Shown piece after piece: positions 12,264 through 23,656 of a DNA stretch of 64,000 nucleotides. The DNA is from Torpedo marmorata. Its lineage: Eukaryota. The first letter of the stretch is position 1, and the number at the start of each line of letters is the position of its first letter. The stretch spans positions 45,260,001 through 45,324,000 of the forward strand of contig OZ360238.1 in the NCBI GenBank assembly GCA_977017645.1. Direction: 5' to 3'. The position numbers and the translations under genes are program-made. The notes beneath the pieces were generated by a model that saw nothing but the letters and a program-made list of their open reading frames with translations, did not search any database and was not told the origin of the DNA.

Positions 12264-12288
12264 TGTAGGTCCAAATTTGTTTGGACTT

Positions 12289-12301
12289 GTCGGGGTCACC
12301 A
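12289..12301 (-). promoter_or_regulatory. Primer-binding site complementary to the tRNA-Trp 3' end
   Basis: Minus-strand TGGTGACCCCGAC, 1 nt downstream of the 5' LTR. Confidence 0.85.
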
Positions 12302-12522
12302 ATGTAGCGTGAGCTACACAGAATTCTGAAGAACAACACACAGTCGGTGGGTTGCAAGCAAGACTGTTTAATCGGGTCTTGCAGCCCTGGCTTTTAAGCA
12401 GGGCTGCGAGCTTAATTGCTGTCGTTTACATGACCATTGCTGCTTAATCACTGTCATCTACTTGACAATGGGAGCTGTACATTACAATGGGAACTTTCCC
12501 GGGTCTCCTGTCCTTCTTCTGG

Positions 12523-14405
12523 TTTTTTTTTTCAAAAAATAAACTTTATTCGCAATAAAATATATACAAGACAAAACAAGACAAAAAAACTGTTCAAGAC
12601 TTTACATTCGTAGTTTCAATCCTCTTGAGTAAGTTATTTACAAACCCTGCTCAAAACTTTTACATATTGTCAGTCATCTCATATTGAGTAAGTTCTTTAA
12701 ATTACAGGAAAAATTGTTCACAAGCTTTTTACATCGTGTCAGTCATCACATCAGTGTACATTTCATGTTTTACCTTGTTGCCTTAACACTCGGTCACCAC
12801 CCCTGTGGCACCTTGTTGTTACTCCCCCCTCTCTGTTGGTTTAGGAGCTTCGCCTCAGTGTCAGCCCCTCAGAGCCCGGTAATGGGGGGGCTCTAAACTG
12901 TTCTCCTTCTCCACAGTGCCCTCGCGTTGGCTGCACCAAGCCTCAGCGCGTCCCTCAGCACGTAGTCCTGCAGCCTGGAATGTGCCAGTCGGCAGCATTC
13001 CCGGACCGAAATCTCAGTGTGCTGAAAGACCAACAGGTTTCGGGCTGACCAAAGGGCGTCCTTCACCGAGTTGATGGTCTTCCAGCAGTTCTGGATGTTG
13101 GACTCTGAGTGTGTCCCCGGGAACAGTCCGTACGTCAAGGAGTCCTCTGTCACGCTGCCGCTGGGGATGAACCGTGACACAGCTCCCTGCATCCCTCTCC
13201 ACACCCTCCTTGCGAATCTGCATTCGGCAAAGAGGTGGGCGACGGTCTCCACCCCCCCCCCCCCCCGCAGCCGTCCCGAGGACAGCGTGCATTGAGGGTG
13301 ATGTTCCGGTTGTACAGGAAGGATCTCACTGGGAGGGCCCCTCTCACCGCCAACCAGGCCAAGTCTTTGTGCTTGTTAGTGAGCCCTGGCGATGAGATAT
13401 TCCGCCAGATAACCTGGACGGTCTGTTCAGGGAACCATCCCACCGGATCCATCGAGTCCACCTCTCTCAGTCTCTGCAGGACGTTCTGTGCTGACCACTG
13501 CCTAATGGCCTTGTGGTCAAAGGTGTTGTCCTGGAAGAACTTTCCCACGAAGGATAGGTAGCGCGGCACGGTCCAGCTGGCTGGGACATTGCGCGGCAAC
13601 GGGGCCAAACCTATCCTTCGCAACACCGGGACAGGTAGAACCTCAGCACGTAGCGGCACTTGGTGCCCTCGTACCTTGGTTCCACGCACAGCTTGATGCA
13701 GCCACACACGAAGGTGGTCATCAGGATGGGCGCCACGTTGGGTACACCCTTGCCCCCATTTTCCAGTGACTTGTACATGGCGCTCCTTCTGACCCTGTCC
13801 ATTTTGGAGCCCCAAATGAATCTGAACACTGCTCTGGTGACTGCCAGGGCGCAGGTGCGAGGGATGGGCCACACCTGCACCACGTACAGCAGTACCGAGA
13901 GCACCTCACACCTGATCACTAAGTTCTTTCCTGCTATCGAGAGGGAGCGCTGCGACCATAGTCCCAGTTTTTGGTGGACCTTAGCGATCTCTCCGACCAA
14001 TTCTTTATGCACGCCTCCGCCCCTCCAAACCAGATCCCCAGCACCTTTAGGTAGTCCGTTGTGACTGTGAAGGGGATGGTGGACCGGTCTGGCCAGTTTC
14101 CGAAGAGCATTGTTTCGCTCTTCTTCTGGTTAACCTTGGCGCCTGATGCGGACTCAAATTGCTCGCATATGCTGGTCAGTCTTCAGACCAATCGTGTATC
14201 CGAACAGAAGACCGCGACGTCGTCCATGTACAGGGAGGCCTTGACCTGGGCGCCTCCGCTGCCTGGCAACATCACTCCTCTTATGCCCTCGTCCTTCCTG
14301 ATGGCTTCGGCAAAGGGCTCTATACAACACACAAATAAGAGTGGAGACAGAGGGCAGCCTTGCCTAACTCCAGACTTAATGGGGAAGCTATCTGTTTCCC
14401 ACCCG
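12523..14405 (-). mobile_element. 5'-truncated L1/Tx1-clade LINE inserted in the 5' LTR
   Basis: GVRQGCPLSPLLF..IEP..LYMDD (RT), LSIAGK, and C-terminal CPR..C..ETVAHLFAEC Cys/His motif; T-run (poly-A on the minus strand) at 12523-12532; LTR sequence resumes on both sides. Confidence 0.88.
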
Positions 14406-14563
14406 TTGATGAAGAAGTAGGGGGGTCGGTGCCATCTTTGCGCCAGCCCCTGCTGTTGCCACGTGTACTTGCGCGGCCACCATTGCGGGCACCGGTTCGC
14501 TTGCCCAGAGCGGGTACCGCTACACCTGAACTGAAGAGCAAGCCAGGCAGACAGTGAAGAGTT

Positions 14564-14683
14564 GAGTGCAATACACAAAAGTGCTGGAGAAACTCAGCAG
14601 GCCACGCAGCGTCCAGTGTAATATGGATGCTGTGTGACCTGCAGAATTCCTCTGGCACTTTTGCAGACTTTCCTGTTGAACCC
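14564..14683. mobile_element. Short fold-back insertion of two inverted PLE pseudo-LTR tail pieces, with a 12-bp TSD
   Basis: AAAAGTGCTGGAGAAACTCAGCAGGCCACGCAGCGTCCA versus TGGATGCTGTGTGACCTGCAGAATTCCTCTGGCACTTTT; CAGTGAAGAGTT at 14552-14563 and 14684-14695. Confidence 0.7.
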
Positions 14684-14734
14684 CAGTGAAGAGTTCAGTT
14701 GGCTTTTTGAGTCAGTTGTAGGCCAGACTGAGGA

Positions 14735-14955
14735 AGGATGGCAGATTTCCTTTCCTGAAGAACGTACGTGAACTGGTTAGCTTTTTACAATAACCTGGTA
14801 GTTTTCTGGTTATCCTCTGAAATTAGGGGTTTATTTCAGCTTTATTTAATTACATGAATTCCTGAGGTGCCCTGGTGATATTCAAACTTGGCCTCCAATC
14901 AAAGATCAGCCCGCTGGATGTTAGACCAGCAACTCGACCTCTTAGCCACCCTACC
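14735..14955 (-). mobile_element. Old SINE-like relic
   Basis: GGCAGATTTCCTTTCCTGAAG..TTTTTACAAT.. resembles a widespread elasmobranch SINE; heavily decayed and recognised from memory only. Confidence 0.35.
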
Positions 14956-16276
14956 TGCTGTCGACAGCGAAAAGCTCGTTGTTCTGTGTAGCCTGCTCCA
15001 GGTAACTTTCACCACAGTACGTCGGCCGTGTTTTGTCAGCATGAATGGGTACAGAAGAGGCTGAGTGGGTACAGAAGAGGCCCCTGGGCAATGTGGAAGG
15101 AATGATTTTGTTTGCCCTCCCAGAGACCAAGGAGGGATGTCAGTAACATTACAAATGAGTCGGAGGTGAAAGCCACTGTTTCGGTTTTTGAGAGGAAGTC
15201 TCGCCAGTTCTGTCAGCAGCAACAGCACTATGGACCAGCATGAACCTGATGATTAAACCTTTACAATTAATTAAATCCAATATTAAGGTACCATTGAACC
15301 ACTGTGGAGCTGCTGAACTTACCATCGTATTATTTTTATGCAGGGGTGGGGGAAGGGAATCTCCTTAATAAACCAGAGAAACCGACCCTATGGCCCACTA
15401 TGTCTAGGTTGACGATCAAATGCTGATTATAATTATATGACAAAAATTTGACTGGTCTTTTATTTACCTGTTGAAGGTGTTGGGACCACTCAGGGAGCTA
15501 TCGGGGACGTGAATGCTCTGTGTAAGTGCGCCACCTCACAAGCCATCCAATCAGCCACCACCCTGCCCCAGCTGTGCAACTGTCTGCAGTGCCTACATCA
15601 GCCTTGTTAACTACCTCAAAGCCCCAAAAACCAGGGTGAAAATAAGTTCCCCTGGATCCCAAGCACGTGCCAAAAAATATGATGCTAGTGGTGCATTGCA
15701 TGTTTGTCCAGTATCATGAAGAATTTGTGTGCACATCTGTCCAACAGGCAGCAAATTCAAAGACCTGCATATGCCCTGGTTTTTCTGCATGCATCAGGAA
15801 TGACAGGAATTAAGATTTGCACCTATCCTCCAGAAACTTTGTTGGAGGAACATTTATTTATGATTCCACCAATATGGCCATTCAACTGCATTGCAGGTGC
15901 TCGGGGAGAGGGCAAAATATAAAATTTACATCCTTTGTCCTCTCCAGAGGTAGGGTTAGGAACATTTGTCCTAACGCGGTGTTTATAAGCCTACGAGCTG
16001 TTTTGAAAAGCAACTTTCCCCTCCTAAAATGTGTTGCTCATATCCGTTTATTTTTAACCTCCTCAAAATGTGCAGTACAGATGAATGTGTAAGGAAATTG
16101 CTGAAAATTTGTTCCACAGTTAATAGTAATGCAATGCACAGGGATCAATGCCAAGAAACAGAACATTGGAATGCGTTCATGAATTCTTTCCAAACAAGAA
16201 GCATGATGGGAACTGAAGGGAAAGGGGAAAAAGTGAATGGAAAAAAGAAAATAAAAGCAAATTTCTATCGTATTGT

Positions 16277-18330
16277 AAGAAACACAAATGCTGGAGAAAC
16301 TCAGCAGGTCAAACAGTGCCTTTTATGTAGCAAAGGTAGAAATACATAACCGTCGTTTCGGGCTTGAGCCCTTCATCAAAGTATGAGAAAATGCCGGCAG
16401 GCGTCCGAACAAAAGAGTGAGGGGGGAAGGGGGGGAGGTGGCAAAGGCAGGAGATGATAGGTGGAGAAAGGAGGGAGGGGACAGCAGCTAAGAGGGGGTG
16501 GCTGGAAAAAAAACAGGAAGGACAGGTGAGGGGGAGGGGAAGGAAAAGACAAGCAGGTTTAGTGGAAAGCAGAAAAGTCAATGTTAATGCCATCTGGCTG
16601 GAGAGTGCCCAGACGGAAAATGAGATGTTGTTCCTTCAATTTGCGGGTAGTCTGGGTGGGATAGTACATAAGGCCATGGACAGACATGTGAGTGTGGGAG
16701 TGTGACTCGGAATTGAAATGGCTGGGTACTGGGAGGTCGCTGTTGTTGCAGACGGAGAGGAGGTGCTCAGCAAGCGATCTCCCAATCTACGACCGGTCTC
16801 TCCGATATAGAGAAAGCCACAAAGGGAGCCATCTCTGGATGACCAAGTGAAGTGTAGCTTCACTTGAAAGGCCTGTTTGGGGCCCTGAACCGTGGTGAGG
16901 GGGGAGGTGTGGGCGCAGGTGTTGCACCTCCTGCGGGCACAGGGGAAGGTGCGGGGGTGCGATGGGTGGGGAAGGATGAGTGCACGAGGGAATCGCGGAG
17001 GGAGCGGTCCATGCGGAAGGCCGAGAGGGGAGGAGAAGGAAAAATGTGTCTGGTGGTGGGATCCTGTAGTAAGTGCCGGAAATTCCGGCGGATAATGTGT
17101 TGGATTCGGAGGCTGGTGGGGTGGTAGGTGAGGATGAGGGGGATTCTATGTTTGTTGTGTCTGGGGGCAGAGGGGGCCAGGGCAGATGAGCAGGAAATGG
17201 AGGAGATGCGGGTGAGGGCTGAGTTGATGGTGGTGGAGGGGAAGCCACGTTTGTGGAAGAAGGCAGACATTTCAGAAGATCTTGTCTGGAAGACCTCATC
17301 TTGGGAACAGATGCAGCGGAGATGGAGAAATTGAGAGAAGGGGATGGAATCCTTGCAGGGGACAGGGTGTGAGGAAGTGTTGTCCAGATAGTTGTGGGAG
17401 TTGGAGGGTTTGTAGTAAATGTCGGTGGAAAGCTTGTCTCCCAAGATGGAGACAGAGAGATTCTGGAAGGGGAGAGTGTTATCGGAGATGGACCAGGTGA
17501 GTTTGAGATCGGGGTGGAACTTGGATGCGAAGTGGATGAAGTTGACAAGCTCATCACGGGTGCATGAGGCAGCCCCGATGTAGTTGTCAATATAACGGAG
17601 GAAGAGATGAGGGGTCTTGCCTGTGTAGGCTTGCAGCATGGATTGCTCCACAAAGCCCACAAACAGGCAGGCGTAGCTGGGACCTATGCGGGTACCCATG
17701 GCTACTCCTTTGATTTGGAGGAAGTGGGATGAGTTAAAGGAAAAGTTATTGAGAGTGAGTACAAGTTCTGCCAGGCGGAGGAGGGTGGTGGTAGAGGGTG
17801 ACTGGTCAGGTCTTTGGTCCAGGAAGAAGCGAAGTGCTTTCAGCCCTTCTGTGTGATAGAGGTATAAAGGGATTGGACATCCATGGTGAAGATGATGCGG
17901 TCCGGTTCAGGGAATCTGAAGTCATTGAGGAGATGGAGGGCATGTGAGGTGTCGCGGATGTAGGTGGGGAGGGATTGGACCAGGGGAGAAAAGATGGAGT
18001 CATGGTAAGATGAAACTAGTTCAGTGGGGCAGGAGCAGGCAGAAACAACGGGTCTGCCTGGATGGTTGGGTTTGTGTATCTTGGGTAGAAGGTAGAAACA
18101 GGCAGTGCGGGGGTGGGAGAGAAATAGGTTGGTGGCCGTGGAGTGGAGGTGACCGAAGGTGATGAGGTCGGAGATGGTGTTGGAGACAGTGGCTTGATGT
18201 GCAGTGGTGGGGTCCTGTGGGAGGGGTCAGTAGGAGGAGGTGTCTGAGAGCTGTCGACTGGCCTGCTGAGTTTCTCCAGCATTTGTGATTTTTACTTCAA
18301 CCACGGTGTCTACAGATTTTTGTGTTTTAC
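16277..18330 (-). mobile_element. Second Penelope-like element (5'-truncated; same family as 1-3207) with an inverted pseudo-LTR piece at its 5' end and a 14-bp TSD
   Basis: ORFs 16860-17699 and 16636-16863 closely match copy 1. Pseudo-LTR at 16277-16390 (-) and an inverted piece at about 18262-18330 (+). TTCTATCGTATTGT at 16263-16276 and 18331-18344. Confidence 0.93.
16342..16386 (-). ncRNA. Minimal hammerhead-ribozyme-like motif
   Basis: Minus-strand CATACT-TTGATGA-A-GGGCTCAAGCCC-GAAAC-GACG-GTT-ATGTAT. Confidence 0.68.
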
Positions 18331-18854
18331 TTCTATCGTATTGTGCAGAGTTAAGCTGACAGGCTTATTGTCTGGTATTTTTTTGGGGCTAAAATGTGAC
18401 ATAACCCTAACAGTGACCACTGTTACATGTGTGTGTCTGTGGGGACCATCTGTTTCCAATTTTGACAGCCTTTTAGTTTGCACTGTACGTAGTGGGAAGG
18501 AGATTGGATCATGAGAATGGAAACCAAATTTTTCTTTTGAGATATTTATCTAATTGCAACACAATTTCATTCCAGCGAAGTAGGGCTGGACGTAGAAAGT
18601 CCAGTCACACGCAGGCCTTAGCCTGTAGGTCTCAGTGTATTGACACAGCGTATGGCAGAATGTTGCAGGAAATGTGGCCTATTATTTGGATTAAACTGCA
18701 GTCTTTGGTCTTGGTCAGAGTATTCTGTCATTTCATCGCTTTATTTAAGTGCTTAAGTTGCATTGATCTTTTCATTGGGAAAATGGGTTATTTCGCTGTG
18801 AGGAGAACATTTGACCTTTATAGAGTAATTGTGAGGAATCTGTTTCCATCCAAT

Positions 18855-18900
18855 AATCAGAATTTATTGTCATGAACAAGTCATGAAATTCGGTGTTTGG
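18855..18900 (-). mobile_element. Tiny Rex1 3'-end fragment
   Basis: AATCAGAATTTATTGTCATGAACAAGTCATGAAATTCGGTGTTT is identical to the tail at 61671-61714. Confidence 0.75.
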
Positions 18901-19212
18901 AATTACCATTAATAAAACCCTTGAGTGAGTGATTCCTACTTTTCATTTCAATTTAACAGCTTTTGTGTACTTTGAAGCCAGAATTGAATTGATGAGTGTC
19001 CTGTATTATAATAACAATGCACAGACATCCTGTTTGTATTGCCTGTGAAATGAAACTCAATTAACAACTTGATTATCTTAATTATCTTGAGTCGGCATAA
19101 TTGATTCCTGAGCTGATTTTGCTTTTGAGCTATTGGGATAGGGTTGCAGCAACAACACAATGACCAATAGAAAGAATTTGCATTACCTGTTCCTCAATTC
19201 AAAATCCCATGA

Positions 19213-19457
19213 AAAGGTAAAGGTTCCATTATTGTCGCATAATACTACATTTAGAATGTAACATACATGAAATTCTTTAATTTTTGTCTATCGTAAGGCA
19301 GACAGAGAGTAGCTACTTTGTCCAGCGCCCCTCACAGAAACCTGCAGCACCTCGTGTTCCTTGGCGGTCTCCCCTCCAAGTACTGACCAGTCCTGTGCCT
19401 GCTTAGCTTCTGAGATCAGACAATCCCAGTCGTATTCAGGCTATTGGTGCTGTAGAC
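19213..19457 (-). mobile_element. 5S rRNA-headed SINE (SINE3-type)
   Basis: Minus strand 19457-19338 is a diverged 5S rRNA (GTCTAC..TGATCTCAGAAGCTAAGCAGG..TGGTCAGTACTTGGA.GGGAGACCGCC..GGTGCTGCAGGTTT). It is followed by a ~125-nt body ending ACAATAATGGAACCTTTACCTT. Confidence 0.85.
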
Positions 19458-19617
19458 AATCCTAGTCGAAGTACTCCAACAAGGTCGCTTTTGCAGGATA
19501 TTTATTCTTAAGGAGTAGAAAACTAGGCAGTCAATTTTACGTTGGAACATTTGCGTCGGGTGGGGGGGGGGTGGTGGAAGACATACAAAGTGATAACAAA
19601 GAGATGATTTACCTTTG

Positions 19618-19700
19618 ACAATGTTGGGTGAAAAATAAATTCTGACAGGACAACCAGGGAGTGTTCCACAGGCCCTTAGTTCTAGAGAGGAGACACAATT
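19618..19700 (-). mobile_element. Deu-SINE (SacSINE1/AmnSINE-like) relic
   Basis: Minus-strand CCCTGGTTGTCCTGTCAGAATTTATTTTTCACCCAACAT resembles the Deu domain. Confidence 0.4.
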
Positions 19701-19759
19701 GGAAAGGTGTCACGTCTGGCAGATCAGCACTCCTTGCACTGGTGAGGGGCTTGAGCCAT

Positions 19760-20010
19760 TACATAAGAGCATCAGAAAGAGGAGTAGGTCATCTGGCCCA
19801 TCAAGCCTGCTCCACCATTCAATAAGATCACGGCTGATCTGGCCGTGGACTCAGTTCTACCTACCTTTTTCCCATAATCCTTCATTCCCCTACTATGCAC
19901 AGAAACTGTGAATTCAACGTATTGAGTGCGGCAGCCTCTACTGCTTCTCCACTGCAGAGCATTCTACAGATTCACTACTCTTTCAGAAATGCAGTTCCTC
20001 CTCATCGTTG
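19760..20010 (-). mobile_element. Decayed CR1 3' fragment
   Basis: GGAGTAGGTCATCTGGCCCATCAAGCCTGCTCCACCATTCAAT..GGCTGATCT matches the 28241 copy tail. Confidence 0.7.
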
Positions 20011-22624
20011 TAAGCTGAGAAGGCTGTCTGATGAGTCAGGTTACCAAATGCAATCTTGGACCTGGGCAGAATGGACAATTCAAGTTTGATTCTAAATATT
20101 GTCAGTTTTGGGGTGGGGTTGGGGTGGGTTCTGAACTGATTTGCTGGAATTGAGGCTGGCATTGCTGATGTGCGATAATTTTCGTTGCTCTTCATGTTAG
20201 CAGGATGGGTGTACTTGTGTGTTGGACTTGTGGATGACTTGCACAGCTTTAAGGAACTGTGAAAGTTGGAGTAAAAAGCAAATGAAACAGTTGTTCCTAC
20301 AATTGTGCTTCAAGTGTCTGACACTCAGGAGGGAAAGCTTTCAAAGACGGGTGGTTGGGAGCAGATGCCAATGCAAACATTTTGTAACTCCTCAACTGCC
20401 CCTTTTCCCGGTTACATTGGAGATTTTTATGGAGGTGCGCTGGGATGAGGGTTCAGCTCTCGACTATCAGTGGAGTGCCGGGCGCCAGTGTGTGTTGGGT
20501 GACGGGTCAGGCGTCTGGACTTGGGGAGGATTTAGTGATATGCAGGGAGTCAATCCACACTTCAGGAATGAGTCAGGGGGAGCAGGCAATCCATCTACTT
20601 GAGGCTTGGGTTGGGGATGATTGGGGGTATCAGGTGTCGATTGGCAAGCAGCTAGTATTTGGGAACCAGGTTGCTCTCAAGTTGCGGGTTGGGTGACCTT
20701 GAAACATTGCGACCTCCAGTTTCTAAACCTTGGACTTGGCAGTTAAGGGGTGAGAGTGGCTGAATGCATGAGGTAGATGGCTTTGTTGCTCTTTTAGTGG
20801 GCCAGGATTATGTGACTGGTTTCCTCAGACCCAACCAGGCAACCTCCACATTGTCTCAGAGGTAACATGATCAATGAGGCTAAAATGAAGTGATTGTGAA
20901 TAAGGATGGTTCACATTCAGCCAGCTGTGGGAATACTGGGTACGTACGTGAGCACTGAGACATCATGGTATGGCCATACGAATTTTGTTAAAGGCGGTGG
21001 TGTCACAATATAAAAACATGTTACATTGAGCCAACGGGTTTTATTTGTCTTTGGGATTATTTGCAAGGATAGGAAAAGTCCTTTCATTATTCTTTGGATG
21101 ATTTGATTGTTGACCTTTCCAGAGGTGGGGTTTCGGGGGGTGGGATTGGGGGGTAGAAACCCTTTTGCAGATGCACCCAGCATGGAGCCAAATTATGAAG
21201 GGTGATCAGTTCAAAGAGGAAAGTATTCCCTGATGTTCTGGAGAGGAAGCTGCTGCAGTTCACGCTGGGTAATTTAATTTTAACTTTTAATGTGGCCTGA
21301 GATTTTGACCTAAAATCCATGTCTGTGGATTACAAAAGGGAAGGGCGTTCCACGCACCCCATTGTCTCAATGTGGTCCACTAGCAGTTCGGCAAATCAAT
21401 CTGACCATAGATTGCAGGAATGCTAGATTTTATACCTGAATCAGAACCTAACCTGCCAAGCACAAACTTGAACCTGATCATCTTTGAGATGAAGCAAAAG
21501 TGAAGAGTTCTTTGTGCAGACCAATCTTTGTGAGCAATGGAAAATCCGGCCACTCCCCCAATAGCCAGTTAACTTCCTAGTAGAACTCCAGAAAGGATTT
21601 AAAAGACTTTATTTAATGCCTCATCTATGTAATGTTCACATTATTAAAAGAACAAACCTTGTCTAGAGCATGCACATCCTCTCCCCAGGGTTTAATTCCT
21701 ATTGCCAAAAGCTTAGTCACACACTTTGTTGCTACTAATTTCCCATTCAGATTTTGCCATTTCAACTGTGTTTGGCAGTTGGGTGGTTTTGTGAAATATG
21801 TTTCTGAAGGCTTTATTCCAACTCCTCCACAACTTTGTATTTTTAGAAGCAATATGCTGCAGTGTGCAGGCAACCTATTGGAACGCATTAGCTGGATAAT
21901 TAATGTGTTGCCCCCTGATATCACTAGCACCATTATTAATTGCTTTTGAACATATTTATTTGTAAACACTCCTCCAATTTTTTTCCTTCCTCTCAGAGCC
22001 AGGATTGGTGATTGAAGAAACAATGGATGTCCTCATTGCCTTATCCATATGGCAATTACCTGTGTGTATGCAACATGGTTCGTGTCGGTCTAAGCTTGTG
22101 TGCCACATCGCGTGCCTTGTTTAGATCGGTATAGTGAGAGAGTGATATCCTTCAGGAAAATGCCGCGTGAACAATAACCTGCAGGAAGAGGGAACGGCAA
22201 GCAGTTCTGAAGGGCAAGCAGACTCGTTCCTGAGATAGGAAGGTTGCCCTATCATGAGTAGTGAAAAAATTTGGATCGATATTCTTCAGTTTAGAAGAAT
22301 GGGGGTAATCTTATGACAGATATATGACCCTAAAGGCACATGTGGAGCAGATGTGGAGCGGTTTCCACCAGTGGAAGTTTGAATGAAGGGACATTTTTAG
22401 GAAAAGGGTAGGAACCTCTGGAGAAACTTGTATGCAGGAACTTATTCTCTCAAACATTGGAGAGTTTCTGGAATTTGAGTGGGGAAAAAAGGTTGAGAAC
22501 CATTGCTCTAGAGTCTAGACCCATTTGTTACTGAAATATTTTGCTTGAGAAAAATTGTCATTGGCCCATTTCCTTTGGAGTTATGAAACCGTGCACATAA
22601 CGAGTCAATTAGGTACGATTAAAA

Positions 22625-22756
22625 CAGTGGTTTTCAAACTTTTTCTTTCCACTCACATACCACCTTAAGTAATCCCTTACTAATCACAGAGCACCTATGG
22701 CATAGGGATTACTTAAAGTGGTATGTGAGTGGAAAGAAAAAGTTTGAAAACCACTG
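22625..22756. mobile_element. Palindromic MITE with hAT/Charlie-like ends
   Basis: About 53-bp arms: CAGTGGTTTTCAAACTTTTTCTTTCCACTCACATACCAC(C/T)TTAAGTAATCCCT and its reverse complement. A second related end followed by CTCTAGAG lies at 22485-22514. Confidence 0.75.
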
Positions 22757-22985
22757 TTGTAGATTTTCTCGATACTGGGGAGAGTTTTGCCTGTGATGTC
22801 CTGGGCTGTGTCCACTACCTTTTGCAGGGATTTACACTCAGGGGTATTGGCGTCCCCATACCAGTGATGGAGCCGGTCAGCACACATTCCACAACACATC
22901 TGTAGGAGTTTGCCAAGGTTTTCATTGTCGTACTGAACCTCTGCAAGTTCCTGAGGAAGTAAAGGAACTGACGTGCTTCTTCACA
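22757..22985 (-). mobile_element. Rex1 RT C-terminal fragment
   Basis: ARQFLYFLRNLQRF..YRCVVECVLTG..LQKVVDTAQDITG. Confidence 0.75.
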
Positions 22986-23656
22986 AGTTATTTGAAGAGA
23001 GGAATTGAGGAGAAATGGCACAGGAGAGGAATGGGGTCTGGGACAGATCAGCCTTTATCATATCAAATGATGGTGCAGGACTAAAGGACCAAGTGGACTT
23101 CTCCACTGCTTTCTTCGTGTGTGCATGTGTTCTTATTGGAGAGCAGTGGCTACAGCTGAAACTGCAGCAATGACCCAAGTTCTGACCTGGAAATGAAAGC
23201 TATAAACTGAGCAATTTGGTGTATACAAGCAGTTACTTACATTGACAAGACTCCTGTGCAAACACAACAAGAGAAGGCATGTGGCAGTACAGTACTTCTG
23301 CAGGCAAAGTGCTGTTCCAGCATTGTAATGTTTCTGACCATGGTGTTCCCAGTCAGATGTTTCCTGTGTACCCTCTGCAGTCAGCCTTCCCTGGAACATT
23401 TCCTGTGCTACCAGAATCCATGCAACAAGAACCCTTTCCAGATCTCCAGGACCACAAGACCGTGGAGAAATTTAAGTTTGCATTTTGGTAACTCGGGGCT
23501 GTGTGCAACCCATAGGTCACAGTGACGTCTCCAGTGGACGTCCTGAAAATCCATGCTCCCAGTGAGGCCAGCCAGCTTCCCTGTTTTTGGACTCTGAGGC
23601 AATGGGTTGTTTAGAAAGCTGGAGAGCTTGTGTAAACTGACCCTTCCCTTTTGTCC

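Larger units (their letters stand above)
8125..14524 (-). mobile_element. Ty3/Gypsy LTR retrotransposon, CsRn1/kabuki-like, with both LTRs and a 4-bp TSD
   Basis: LTRs TGTAGCG...CGCTACA at 8125-8428 and 12303-14524 (the latter split by a LINE). TSD CCTG at 8121-8124 and 14525-14528. PBS TGGTGACCCCGAC; PPT next to the 3' LTR; single gag-pol ORF. Confidence 0.93.

Noticed and set aside
12264-12341. ORF-track start of the 1169-aa polyprotein
   Set aside because: It lies in the LTR/PBS leader at a non-ATG codon; the ATG at 12263 is more plausible.
19338-19457. Functional 5S rRNA gene
   Set aside because: Many substitutions relative to vertebrate 5S, not in a tandem array, and fused to a SINE body.
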